Below are positions 12,147 to 23,393 of a stretch of 64,000 nt of DNA, in pieces. The DNA lies in assembly GCA_965240325.2 (NCBI GenBank), contig OZ251235.1, forward strand, positions 1,674,001-1,738,000. The letters run 5' to 3'. The DNA comes from Rebecca billardiae RCC1528 (taxonomy: Eukaryota > Protista > Haptophyta). The notes below the pieces were generated by a model. That model saw only the letters and a program-made list of their open reading frames with translations, did no database searches and was not told where the DNA came from. The translations under genes were made by a program, and so were the position numbers. Positions within the stretch are counted from its first letter, which is position 1; the number at the start of each line of letters is the position of its first letter.

Positions 12147-13053
12147 ATGAACAATGGGCTCACCACGGAGCGCGCCATGCTCGGCGTCTTCAGCACCACA
12201 TCCTACAACACGATTGGCGACGCGTACGGCAAGAAGCCTAAGCCCGACCCGCGGCACACGGGCAAGCAGCTGACCCTCGAGCCACCGCACATGGGCACAA
12301 TGGGTGCGACGCCGCTGAACGCCTTGTTCGACCGCGAGTTCAAGTCGCTGCACAAGGGCGACAAGTACGAGGACAGGACCATGTACTACAAGACGCAGCC
12401 GAGGGACACGCGAAAGACGGTGCGCGCGGCGCGAGCGATCGCGCGCGGCCGCGGCCGCGGCCGCGGCCGAGGCGGCACGTGCGAGAGGTGGCGCGCCCGC
12501 CGCCGCTGACGATCGTCCCGGCCCCTCCCACCCGCCGCGCGCTCCGCAGGGCTTCCTCTCCTCGGACGCGTTCAAGTCGGACGAGTTCACGCAGCACTTC
12601 CCGACCGAGCAGTGGCGCGAGCGCATCAAGTCTGAGATGGTCCACGTCACGCGCACGCGCGAGACGCTGGAGAAGAAGGCGGCGGAGATGAGCGAGGAGG
12701 AGAAGGCGGCGGAGCAGGCGCTGCTCAACTCGCTCAAGGAGGAAGGCAAGCCGTGGGCCCACGGCCCCGAGTTCCTCTTCGACGTGGGCAAGCCCTCCCT
12801 CGGCGGCGAGACGCCCTACTCAATGTATGATGCGCGCGACACGTGGTACAGCAAGTCGCGGCAGCCGCTGCTGTCCAACCGCGTGGGCGAGACGAAGCGG
12901 ATGGGGCCGTACCGCACGTACAACCAGGTGTACGGCCAGGGCTCGGAGAACGTGCACCTCACGAAGCCCGCCTTCGCGCGCACGCCCTTCATCAAGGACA
13001 ACTTCTACCGCGCGTCGGGCATCCCCTTCAACACGCGCGCCCCCACCGTGTGA
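12147..13053 (+). CDS. Flagellar/cilia-associated protein, CFAP96-like (intron 12420-12549)
   Basis: LGVFSTTSYNTIGDAY...GKQ, then GFLSSDAFKSDEFTQHFPTEQWRE after splicing. Confidence 0.55.
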
Positions 13054-13612
13054 TCGATCGATGAGCGCGCGACGAACCTAGGTGCGCGGCGAGTGGCCAC
13101 GGCCCGGGTCGGCTATGCGCTCGCTCGAGGGCGCTGCGTCGCTTGACCTCGCGCGGGGGAGTCTTTCGCCATCGGATGCAGACTGACTGTGCTACTCCGT
13201 ACCGAGTTACTACGGTGACTTAGTGAGTAGTGCTGGGCCCGTCGTCGCCAGTCAATTAGTCACAGCGAGCCGCGGACTCTGCTTATGCTAAGCTGTGTCA
13301 CAGGCTGCCCACGAGCGGGCGGATGAATCAGTATCCTGAATCCGATGACGAGTAATCGTACGTCATCACGGCCCGTCGGTTCCCGGGAAAATCGAAATCC
13401 CGGCGCCTTCGGACCGCTTATTAGTATACATATATATATCCGGCCGTCGAGTCGTCCGTCCCGCCGACGTAACTTCCTTCCGTACGCGGTACTCGTCGGC
13501 CGTCCGTCAGGGACTGAGAGTGAGATTATTCGTCGGACTCTCGCCCTCGTCGGTCTCGTATCGGTCCTCAGTAACTCACTCGGTAACTACTGAGTGCCAG
13601 CTGTGTACTAAT

Positions 13613-13710
13613 TATTCTATGATTTTTAAAAGACACAGGCACGATGGCGCAGCTCTCCTGATTCGTCTGTCGAAGTACTGATTGGAGACAGAGGGTGTGA
13701 GCGCGTTGGC
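13613..13710 (-). mobile_element. Decayed copy of the LINE family-A 3' end
   Basis: ttctatgatttttaaaagacacaggcacgatggcgcagctctcctgattcgtctgt...gtgtgagcgcgttg matches the reverse complement of ~40465-40570. Confidence 0.75.
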
Positions 13711-14750
13711 CGCGGGTGAGGACCTAGTCGTCGCCGATGCTGATCACACGGAGGCAGTAGGTGCCCAGGGATGCCGCTGAAGAATTTGCAGTCGTCGCCA
13801 GCCCTTGGTCATCATGTACTTGTACGCGTCGACGTTCCGAGGCCGTGTTCGAGTTGCGGATGCAGTGGTGCAGATAGTGGATGGGGTCTACTGTCTATAC
13901 TTTAAAAGTAGCCTTATGTGATAAGTTGTGTAGAGACTAGAGTCTGAGGCGATTGACTCAACGGACGCGGACGATATGACGGTCATCAGCTCACAGCTGC
14001 CGCCAGCCGTAGTACAGAGTTGAGAGTACTCAGTACGGGCGACTGATCCCGCGGCGCCATCAGTTATAATTCATAATAATTCAAATTGATCGGTCTGCGT
14101 CTCGGTTCTGGGCGGGGCTTCGTCGGGCTGCATGTTGCTGCGACAGTCAGTCCGATTAGATGTCAATAACATATAGTTATACTGCTACTGCTGACTATGG
14201 CTAGCCGCTAGTCGATCTGAAGTGATGATGGCGGCGCGGACTAACGACGTATATAATAAGTGCTGCGCACTAGGCTAGCAGTGAGTGAGTCACGACTGAT
14301 GAGTCAGACTGTCATAAAGTAACGTAGTCCGTCTGAATAGTTATATTCACGCTAATAATTGCTCGGACCGTGAGACGACTCGGAAGTCTCGGACGGCGCG
14401 CCGTCGGGGTCACTGCGGCTAGTACCGTTCGGGTGCCGACGCAGTGTGGAGCCTGGAGCCTGTGGCCGACTGGACCCTATCATAATCCGATAACGTGCCT
14501 CAGGCTCACGCCGCGCTTGGGCGCGTCGGCCCGGGCGATCATCACGGTAGTGTACACGGCATACACTTCCTGTACATGCCACACGCAGTGCGGGCGGCAA
14601 GCTCTCGTCGCGCGGGAGCGAGGCGTGCATGGGCCGATCTCGCGCTGCGCGCGCGGGCGCGATGAGTGCGTGACTTTGTGTGAGTTGCGTGCCCCGGAAC
14701 GTACTGCTCCTGTACTGTAGTTGCCGGAGCCGCGGGCGCTTGAGCAGCCC

Positions 14751-16499
14751 TTAGAGTGTCGGCTGTGGCCCGGGCCGCGGAGCCGACGCGGGCGCCATGA
14801 GCGGCTGCCTCAGCGGCTGCGCGCTCGGCGCGGCCGACGGCTGCGCGCGCAGCCCGTTGTAGGGCGCCGGCAGCCCGGCCTGCTCGCACAGCAGCTGCTC
14901 AAAGCGGGAGAGCTCCGAGGCGACCAGCTCTGCATTCCGAGCCTCGTCCGCGCAGCGGTGCGCCAGCCGCTGCACGAGCTCGACGCGGCCGACGCCGGCA
15001 TGCCGCGCCTGCAGCACGCGCAGCGCGGCGAGCACGTGGGCGCACGTGAACGCGCCGCCGAGCCCGCCGGCGAGCGCGTCAGCGAGCTCGAGCTGGAGCG
15101 CGCTGCCCTGCACGCAGCCCACCAGCCGCGCAAACGGCTGCGGGCCGAGCTGCGCGGCGGCGGCCGCGCCGGCGTCGCGCTGCAGCTCGGCGCGCACGCC
15201 GGCGATCACGGCGGACTGGTCGACGGTGCACTCGAGCTGCTGCCGCAGCGACTCTGCGTACGACTCCCTGTACGCCGGCGGCGGCGGCATGGGCGGCGCC
15301 GACGGCGGCGGCGCGTCAGCCTCGGCCGGCAGCCCGTGCACCGGCCGCCCGCCGAGCGCCGCGCCGCTCATGGGCACGACCACGGGGGGGGTGGGCTCCG
15401 GGTAGCGCGGCGGCAGGCCGGTCGAGGCGTTGTCGAGCTCGGCCGCGTCGAGCTCGGGCGGCAGCAGGAGCACGGCCATCTCCGCCTCGGGGTCCGTCAC
15501 GCAGCAGCCGGGCGTGTGCACGCGCACCGCGAGCGAGTGCGCGCGCGTGAGCAGCGAGCCTTGGTAGGAAGGGCCCGCGCCGCGCGGCACGCTCAGGACG
15601 AGGGGGCGCTCGGCGTGGAGCTTCTCGAGCACGTCGCGGAGCACGACGTCGTGCTGCACGGCGCGTACGCGGCGCATCGACTCGAGCGAGCGCAGCCCGG
15701 CCGCCTCGCGCGCGTCCAGCTGGAGCTGCGCGACGCGGCTCCAGCCGCGCGCGCTGTGCGAGCCGGACTGCCAGCGCGTCTGCTCGGTCAGGACCAGCTC
15801 AATGTACTCGGCGCCCGCGGTGGAGTGGTTGTGCGCGGCGACGCTCACGCCGAGCTCCGCGCCCGCGCGCACGTGCGCGTCCGTCCGCGCGCCGAGCGTC
15901 ATCGCGCCGCGCGGGAAGCAGAAGCACTGCTTCACGCGGTGCGCCTTGGGCTCGGAGTACACGTGCCGAGGCGCGGCCGGGTGCGCGCCGCCGTACGCCT
16001 CGGGGTGGGCGACGAGGCGGAGCGTCGCCTGGGCGCTCTTGTCGAAGGAGAGCACGCCGCTGCGCGACAGCTTGGCGTGCACGCGGTACGCCACCTCGCA
16101 CTCGCTCCGCGCGTCGTTCGTCGACGTCACGTGCATCGAGCTCGGCAGGTGCAGCGGCATGTCGGCCGTGAACGGGAAGATGTGCTCGCCGCGCTCGACC
16201 TCGCCGGCGGCGAAGCTGGCGAGGAGCACGCGCACGCGCACGAGATCGCGCTTCGATCGCGCGAAGTGGTCCTCCTCCTCCGAGCGCGTGTTGCCCTCGC
16301 TGTCGCGCACGGTGTTGGTCGTAGTGTAGTGCACGACCGCGCTCTCCTCGCCGACCACCTCGAGGTGGAGGTCGGTGGCGTCGACGCGCTCCTTCGTCAC
16401 GCTGAGGTGGACGCCGCCTGAGAGCCGCCCGCCCGCGCGGATGGTCTCGCTGTGCAGCTCGATGCGCAGGGTGAGGCCGCTGGTGAACAGGCTTGCCAT
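14751..16499 (-). CDS. Alpha-arrestin (arrestin N/C domain) protein
   Basis: GGRLSGGVHL...GEE...GEHIFPFTADMPLHLPSS...VAYRVHAKL arrestin-N pattern, plus PPRY and PPAY (PY) motifs. Confidence 0.8.
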   Translation of the reverse strand: MASLFTSGLTLRIELHSETIRAGGRLSGGVHLSVTKERVDATDLHLEVVGEESAVVHYTTTNTVRDSEGNTRSEEEDHFARSKRDLVRVRVLLASFAAGEVERGEHIFPFTADMPLHLPSSMHVTSTNDARSECEVAYRVHAKLSRSGVLSFDKSAQATLRLVAHPEAYGGAHPAAPRHVYSEPKAHRVKQCFCFPRGAMTLGARTDAHVRAGAELGVSVAAHNHSTAGAEYIELVLTEQTRWQSGSHSARGWSRVAQLQLDAREAAGLRSLESMRRVRAVQHDVVLRDVLEKLHAERPLVLSVPRGAGPSYQGSLLTRAHSLAVRVHTPGCCVTDPEAEMAVLLLPPELDAAELDNASTGLPPRYPEPTPPVVVPMSGAALGGRPVHGLPAEADAPPPSAPPMPPPPAYRESYAESLRQQLECTVDQSAVIAGVRAELQRDAGAAAAAQLGPQPFARLVGCVQGSALQLELADALAGGLGGAFTCAHVLAALRVLQARHAGVGRVELVQRLAHRCADEARNAELVASELSRFEQLLCEQAGLPAPYNGLRAQPSAAPSAQPLRQPLMAPASAPRPGPQPTL

Positions 16500-16727
16500 G
16501 GTCGGGCGTCGGGCCGTCGGCGGGCGGACGACGCGCGGACGAGCAGATTCCGCAAGAAGGCGGTCGCTTCCGCTCGCTTGCAAGTTGCGGTGAGTTGGCC
16601 GCCGCCCAACCGTGCGTTGGCCACGCGGATACTCACATGGGACTTGTCCACTCTGTCTTGGCCCCTTGGTGTGATGTCAGTGCTCCGTTCGTAGTATTCA
16701 TTATTTGTAGTTGGAGCACGATGGTCA

Positions 16728-16845
16728 GCTACGGCCATAGGTGCACGAAAACACCGGATCCCATCCGAACTCCGAAGTTAAGCGTGTAACCGGGAAGGTA
16801 GTAGTCCGGTGGGGGACCACGGGCGAAGTCTTCCTGCTGTAGTTT
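16728..16845 (+). rRNA. 5S rRNA gene (single copy in window)
   Basis: gctacggccata...caccggatcccatccgaactccgaagttaagc...tagtagt...gggggaccacgggcgaa...tgctgtagt. The ends pair (helix I) and a TTTT Pol III terminator follows. Confidence 0.92.
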
Positions 16846-18142
16846 TGCCTCTTGCCGCAAGCTTGCTCCAGTGCGCTGCCCGTGTGTCCCATCGTGCCCC
16901 TTGCTGCTCTTTCCGCAAGCGTTGGCGCTCTTGCCACGCCTGGCCCCGGCCGTGTCCTGCGCCTGCTGGCGGTCAGGCAGCTGACTGCGCGGGCCCGTCA
17001 CGGACCCGGGCGGGCCTGCCCGAGCCGCGGCCGCCGGCCACTGCACGGAGCTGCCGCCACCGCCTCCCGGCTGCTCGGTCGGATCCGTCTACTATTCTAG
17101 TGATCCGCGGTGACGCGCGAACAAAGGCTGCCCGGCGCGAACTTGTGGCCGGCGGGGCCACAATTAGTGCTGCGCACTCCGCGCCATCGGAGGCGCGGCC
17201 GCCGGGGTATATTCGGCTCATACCGGCGGGCGGGCCAAATGGCGAGCGGTGATGCAGGAACGGCAGCTTGCCTGTCTTTGGGCCGTGTGACGCGATCGTG
17301 CTTCAGACCGCGCGCATTCGCGCATTCGCGAGGTGCCTTCACAGGTCGTCATGTTAGCCCACACGGCCTCATTTGAAGCGATCGCGCGATCACTTCTGCC
17401 TCCACCTCGGCCTTCGTTTTGGCAACAATATCCGCTCATCATGTGCGCTCCGCGCGGACCAATGCGCGCCCATCGCACTGTAACCACCGTACAACTCCGC
17501 TTAACAAGGCTGTGGCTGACTAAGCCGGTAGTGTGCCGCGTGCTGCTCTCTCCAGGAACGGCGGACGCTGTCGGGCGGCCATGCTGCCGATTGCATGCAA
17601 GCGCAGGAATTATGCCAGCATAATTTGACGCGACGATTTAGATTCTCGCAAAGATCCGCCCGCGAATTCGTCACGTTCGAGCCGCCGATATATGAACTCG
17701 TCAACGAGCCCATATGAGCTCCGAACCACATCTAATTGGTTGGGCTGAACCTCATCACGGTTTGACAGCCTCATCAAAGCAACGTCGGTATGCATTTCGT
17801 CGCGTGGCAATGAAAAAAAAGCCGTTCACGGCTGATTTGTAGGGCCCTTGATGGGCATCAGGCTCCTAATTGTTGTACGTCGAGTGCAATTGTGAGATTG
17901 CTTATGGTGATCACGTGTGGAGATAAGGGAGATAACGTGTAGGCCGTTAGGGCTTCGTTTCGTTCATCAGCGCACGTGGACCAATGGCGTGCCGTGCTTG
18001 CTCGTTGCTCGGCGGAAGCTTCCCTGCCATTGACAGAACCTAATCGAATGGCGAAGAATCGGGCGGCCATTAACACGTCACCTGGCGAGCACCTCTTGAG
18101 AACCACAAGCTGGTCATCCACCCGACGGGCGGCCACACCGCC

Positions 18143-19582
18143 TTGGATCCCAACCGCGTCCGCCCAGTCCACATGAACGAGGAGCCCGACGGCGAGCTGC
18201 CCTGCGCGCTCTACGTGCGCGCGCCCGACGCGAAGCGCAAGGCGTACCCCCACCTCCACCTCGGCCGCATCCTCTGGTCGTACAACCGCGACTTTGAGGT
18301 CGAGTGGGCCGTGTCGTACGGCTGGCCCGTGTTTGACGAGAGCGCAAAGGAGGACGGCGCCAGCCGCTTCACGGTGGCTTTCGTGGAGGAGGACGCGCTC
18401 GAGGACGAGGACTTCAAGCGGGGCATCTCCGCCGACGACCTGCTCGCGCACAAGCTCGTGTGGGTCGCCAAGGCGCACGAGCCCGCCCGCGTCGTGCCGG
18501 TGCGCGGCGAGGCCGCCTTCCTCGAGCGGCCGCTCTCGTACGAGCGCTTCTGCCAGGCGTGCGCGAAGCTGATGCTGCCGTCGGTGGAGCCGTACGCGGG
18601 GCGGTACGAGTACCACACCATCGACGTGCTCCAAGACATCTGGTGCGAGACCGAGGTCGCCGAGAGGCAAGCGCCGGTGCCGCGCGCAAAGTACACGCTC
18701 GACGACGTCCTCGACGCGTCGCGCACCGAGGCGCTGGTGATCACGCGGCGGACGCGGCCGTACACGCTGCTGCACGCGAACAAGGCGTTCTGGGAGAAGG
18801 TGCGCTGGTCGCCCGGCTCGGGCATCGGCAAGAACCTCAGCTTCCTCCAGGGCGAGGGCACACAGAAGGAGTCCCTCGAGAGGCTGCACAAGCTGCTCGA
18901 CTCCGAGCCGATGAAGGAGCGCTCGCAGGGCGACTGGTCGGAGACGCTGACGAACTACACGGAGAACGGCGAGCCGTTCCACAACCGCCTGCGCGTCACG
19001 CCATGCACCGACGCCTCGCTCTACGTCGGCATCGTCCGCGTCAGCGACCCCGCCGAGCCGATGCCGCTGAGCAGCGACGGCAACCCCGTCAAGAGCGAGC
19101 TCGAGGCGGCGAGGGACGAGGACGAAGGCGGCGCGTCGACGGCGGGCGCGGGCGCGCAGGACGAGGGGTTCGCCTCGCAGCTCGAGGCCGTGCTGCTCGA
19201 CACGTCCTCCAACATCGTCGTGACCAAGGCGACGCCGCCCTTTGCCATCGTGCACGTGAACGACGCGTGGTGCGAGCTGTGCGACATGAAGCGCGAGGAG
19301 GTGGTGGGCAAGCAGTCGCTCAACTGCATCCAGGGCCCGCTCACCGACGGCACGATCGTGCGCACGGCGATGGATCGGCTGCTCACGCAGAACGAGCCGG
19401 TCGAGATGATCCTCACCAACTACAAGAAGGGCGGCCACCCCTTCATCAACCGCGTCGAGATCGAGCCGCTCGCCGACTCGAGCGGCACGGCGCGCTACTT
19501 TGTCGGCCGGCTGAACGAGGTCGGCGCCATGCAGCCGGGCGCCGCCGGGCTCGCGGAGGGCATGTCGCAGGCCCTCGACTAG
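18143..19582 (+). CDS. Protein with two PAS/LOV-like domains (start uncertain; ATG at 18173)
   Basis: GKNLSFLQGEGT...LTNYTENGEPFHNRL and GKQSLNCIQGPLTD...LTNYKKGGHPFINRVEIEP. Confidence 0.8.
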   Translation: MDPNRVRPVHMNEEPDGELPCALYVRAPDAKRKAYPHLHLGRILWSYNRDFEVEWAVSYGWPVFDESAKEDGASRFTVAFVEEDALEDEDFKRGISADDLLAHKLVWVAKAHEPARVVPVRGEAAFLERPLSYERFCQACAKLMLPSVEPYAGRYEYHTIDVLQDIWCETEVAERQAPVPRAKYTLDDVLDASRTEALVITRRTRPYTLLHANKAFWEKVRWSPGSGIGKNLSFLQGEGTQKESLERLHKLLDSEPMKERSQGDWSETLTNYTENGEPFHNRLRVTPCTDASLYVGIVRVSDPAEPMPLSSDGNPVKSELEAARDEDEGGASTAGAGAQDEGFASQLEAVLLDTSSNIVVTKATPPFAIVHVNDAWCELCDMKREEVVGKQSLNCIQGPLTDGTIVRTAMDRLLTQNEPVEMILTNYKKGGHPFINRVEIEPLADSSGTARYFVGRLNEVGAMQPGAAGLAEGMSQALD

Positions 19583-20281
19583 GCGCGTGAACGCAGCACG
19601 CGGTGCTACCGATCGCTCAAGCCGCTAGGGCGTTCGAGGCGATCATCGCCATGAACTGACTTCACACGCGACACGCCGCACCCGACCGTCCCGAGTCCCG
19701 CCGACCTGATGGCTGATCCGGATCATCATCATCCGGCGGAGTTCGAGTGCTACTCATCTGACTGGCACCACCGACCGCAGCCACGACCCGCGTCTTCATA
19801 ATGTTGATAATGTGTGCGCTCGCGCACTCGCAGAGTCGCAGTCTCAGTCTGCTCGCTATGACATGTCGATCAGTATATATATATATGATTAATTAATTAC
19901 ATATATATATATATATATATACTATAGACGCTTCGGCTTATCTGCAGTGCTTAACTTATTGGCCGTTATAGCGGGCCAACTCCGCTATAAACAGCTAAAC
20001 TCGCCACTCGGGCGGTCGCCGCGGTCGGACTCGGACTGGAGTCGTCGGCCTCGTCGGGCGCGGCGCGGGCGGCTGCTGACAGTGACTAGTCCGCCACGGG
20101 GCAGTAGTCGGAGCCGCCGACGACTCTGTACTTGTAGTCTCTGGGCGTGATGAAGTAGACGCCACTAATAAGGAGCCTAGACGTAGCCTTGACTGCCGCG
20201 GACGGCCGAGCAGATGATCAACGGTGACGCACGTACTCCGCGCCGAACTGCCGAAGCTCCATTCCTCTCGGCTCTCACTTC

Positions 20282-22963
20282 TCAGCGGGTTCCCGGCCGG
20301 GCAGCGTCCGATTCCGCCTCGGCATCGTCGTCATCAAAGCGCGTGTGCGCGAAGAGCAGGCTGCTCGAGCGCAGCCCGCGCAGCTCGGCCAGCAGCGTGC
20401 GCGTGGCGCCCAGCCACTCGGCGCTCGCGTTGTGCGCGCGCGCCTCGCGCAGCCAGCTCGGCGCCCCCGCCGAGCCACTGCTCGGGGCCGGCTCGCGAGG
20501 CTCGCCTCCCAGCGCCACCTGCAGCCCCGCCTCGAGCGCGGGCGCGGACAGCCCCGAGGTGGCGGCCAGGCGGCGCGCCGCCTCGGCCGGCCGAGCGAGC
20601 GTCGCGCTGTGATCCATCACGATGACGCGCGCGCACAGCGCGCGCGAGCGCTGCCACTGCGCAAGCTGGCGGAGCTGCGCCTCGAGCTCGTGCGCGCCCG
20701 CCTTGAGCATACGCGCCTGCCGCGCCGCGTCGCCCCGGCCGAAGCGGCGGTGCAGCGTGGTTGAGACCATGCACTCGGCCGGGTGGCGCGCGATGGCGGC
20801 GACTCCGAGCGTCACGCGAGAGCGCGCGCGGCACGCCGCCCTGCCGAGCAGCCGGAGGTCGGGCATCGCCTCGGCCAGCCCGAAGGCCGGGTAGGACATC
20901 TGCCCCACGCTCGTCTTCAGCTTGCCGCCCTTGGACCAGTGCCACAGCTCCCACGGGACGTCGGCGCCAGGCTCGCACGGCAGCGGCGGCTTGGCGTATC
21001 CGGCGGGCGCGCCGTTCAGGAAGTAAGCATGGCTGCCGCTGCCGCTGCGCGCGCGCTCGGCGTCGGCCAGCCGGGCGAGGCGCGCGGCGAGGTAGTCCTC
21101 GCCCGCGCGGCGCAGCGTGGCGTTCGCGCTCACCGAGCTCGCCCAGAAGGCGTGCACGAGGCAGCGATCGGTCGAGTACGCGTGGCGCACGTCCTCTGCA
21201 GCCAGGGCGGCGCGCCACGGCCAGTGGTGGCCGCTGCCCTCCACGCCCGCGAAGAAGACGAGGGTGAGGCCGCGGGCCGGAGCCGCGCCGCCGGCGGGTG
21301 CGCAGTCGGGGGCGTCAACGGGCGCGGGCGCGCACCCGGAGCCGACGTCGCGCGCCACGGCCGCCACGGCCGAGGGCGGCTGCGGCGCCCGCGCGCCCGC
21401 GCCCGCGCCGACAGCCCGCGCGGCCGCGCGCGGGTGCTTCGCAGAGCGCTTGGCAGCGCGCTCCGTCAGCTCCGACTCGTTCCGGCATGTGCGGTAGATG
21501 CGCTCGATGGCGCGCAGCGGGCTGCTCGACGGCGGCGCGCACGCCGGCCGGCTCGGCAGCTCCTTCCCATCCTCGCCCGCGCCGGCGCGCGCCGCGCGCG
21601 CCGCGGCCACGTGCGCGCGCAGCGCCTGCGCCCACTGGCCATATCCGCCGCCGCCGACGCGCACCAGCGGAGCGGCGTGCGCGAGCACGAGCGCGTCGAC
21701 GAGCGCTCGGCCGATCGGCGTGCGCACCAGCGTCGCCGCGTCTGTCGGCGCCGACGCGCGCCTCCTGGCGTGTCGCGCGTCGAGCGTGCGCGCCGCGTGC
21801 TCGGCGGCGGCGCGGCCAAACACAGCCGCGGCGCTCGCGCGCCGAGTCCTTGCGCGGCCGGCGCGCAAGGGCTCGGCGCCGAGCGCGGAGACGAGCGCGG
21901 CGCGCGTCTGGGCGCAGCAGTCCGCGTGGTCCTGCTTGTACGTCGACGACACCTCGGCGTCCGCCGCGAAGATGAGCACAGGCAGCGCGGACGCCGAGCG
22001 GCTGGCACCGTCCTCCGCGCGGCCGGTCTCGGCGCGCGCGGCCGCGGCCGCGTGCGACACTCCGTCCGCCGTGCACGCGACGAGCGCCTTGCAGGCCTCG
22101 GCCGAGCGCAGGCCGTAGCACTGGCTCCGCTCGGAGCGCACGTGGATCGCGGCGTACGCCGGCGCGCGGCCGCCGCTGCCCTCGCGGCTGACGCCCGCGC
22201 CGAGGCTCGCGCCCGCGCGCGCGAGCGTCTCTGCTGCGGCGCCCATGGCCGCGGGCAGCAGCCAGCTGGCCGGCGCGAAGAGGGCGCGCGGGCACGCGGG
22301 GCCGCCGGGCGAGGGCATCGGCGGCGGCATGGAGGCGTACCGCCCGATATCGCCCGCGCTCGCGCCGAACGACAGCCGGTCCACGTGCATCAGCAGCACG
22401 GAGCGCGCGCCTGCCAGCAGCGACCGGACCTCCGCCTCGCCCGCCCGGTGCTCGACGCAGCGCATGCCGAGCCGCGGGGGCGGCGCGCCGGCGGGCAGGT
22501 TGAGGCGGAGCAGGCAGCCGTGCGTGAGCGACGTGTTCAGCTGCGCCTCGATGCCCGCGCACGTCTCGCCCGGCGAGGCGAAGCACAGGGCGAGGTCGAC
22601 GCGCGCGCGCGTCCGGTCCGCCCAGTCCGCGAAAGGCACCAGCCGCGGCGCCGGGGCGCCGGAGGGCGCTCGGCGCGTCATGCGCGAGCTGTAGAGCGCC
22701 GCTGTGTCAACGTCGAGCATGCCCCGCAGCGGCACGCTCATCTCGCCCTCCAGCGCGCCCATCGGCCGGACGAAGTGGCCGCTCGCGTTCGGGTAGAGCC
22801 ACGGCTCGACGACGTCGCGGCCGATGCGCGAACCAAACTCGAGGACCGTGGCGAAGCGGACGAGCACGCTCAGGAGCTGCACATTCGATTTGGTCAGCCC
22901 CATCAGTAGGTACCCGTGCGAGCCCGTGCCGGCCGGCGTGGGGCCCGTCGGCCGCGCGCGCAT
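20282..22963 (-). CDS. Putative O-fucosyltransferase-like plus sulfotransferase-like fusion protein (start uncertain)
   Basis: YAAIHVRSE...IFAAD...VDALVLAHA...GGGGY (GT-B, POFUT-like), followed by VFFAGVEGSGHH (P-loop sulfotransferase-like). Confidence 0.5.
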   Translation of the reverse strand: MRARPTGPTPAGTGSHGYLLMGLTKSNVQLLSVLVRFATVLEFGSRIGRDVVEPWLYPNASGHFVRPMGALEGEMSVPLRGMLDVDTAALYSSRMTRRAPSGAPAPRLVPFADWADRTRARVDLALCFASPGETCAGIEAQLNTSLTHGCLLRLNLPAGAPPPRLGMRCVEHRAGEAEVRSLLAGARSVLLMHVDRLSFGASAGDIGRYASMPPPMPSPGGPACPRALFAPASWLLPAAMGAAAETLARAGASLGAGVSREGSGGRAPAYAAIHVRSERSQCYGLRSAEACKALVACTADGVSHAAAAARAETGRAEDGASRSASALPVLIFAADAEVSSTYKQDHADCCAQTRAALVSALGAEPLRAGRARTRRASAAAVFGRAAAEHAARTLDARHARRRASAPTDAATLVRTPIGRALVDALVLAHAAPLVRVGGGGYGQWAQALRAHVAAARAARAGAGEDGKELPSRPACAPPSSSPLRAIERIYRTCRNESELTERAAKRSAKHPRAAARAVGAGAGARAPQPPSAVAAVARDVGSGCAPAPVDAPDCAPAGGAAPARGLTLVFFAGVEGSGHHWPWRAALAAEDVRHAYSTDRCLVHAFWASSVSANATLRRAGEDYLAARLARLADAERARSGSGSHAYFLNGAPAGYAKPPLPCEPGADVPWELWHWSKGGKLKTSVGQMSYPAFGLAEAMPDLRLLGRAACRARSRVTLGVAAIARHPAECMVSTTLHRRFGRGDAARQARMLKAGAHELEAQLRQLAQWQRSRALCARVIVMDHSATLARPAEAARRLAATSGLSAPALEAGLQVALGGEPREPAPSSGSAGAPSWLREARAHNASAEWLGATRTLLAELRGLRSSSLLFAHTRFDDDDAEAESDAARPGTR

Positions 22964-23393
22964 GACGCGCGCGCCCGCTCCTGCGCCCGAGCAGGGACGA
23001 TGTCGTGTCTTCTACTTGCACTTGTTCGAGCGAATGAATCTGTGCTCAGAATCACGCGCATTCTTTGGTCATCATGTTCGTGTCGGAATTCTGATGGATT
23101 CACGGTTCTTGGACTTGGTGGTTGACTCTGCCGTACCCCCACAGAGGTAGTACCCTGCAAGCGAGAATCATGTCACACGAGTGTCACGACGACGGCAGAT
23201 CAAGCGAGCCGTCGTCGTCGGCCGAGGCCATGGTAAACGTGAAGCGGCGCACGTGCGATGACGACGCCGCCGGCTGCGCGCGCGAAGGTGCCACATGCCG
23301 GGCGATGCCGGATGCGCGACCCAACGCCGATGCGCCGAGGGCAAGCTGGCCGGCATGGTGAACGTCTCGGTCGGCGTACTTCAAGGCAGCGCG

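Noticed and set aside
16728-16845. 5S-derived SINE
   Set aside because: Full-length 5S ending at a T-run, with no body, tail or TSD visible.
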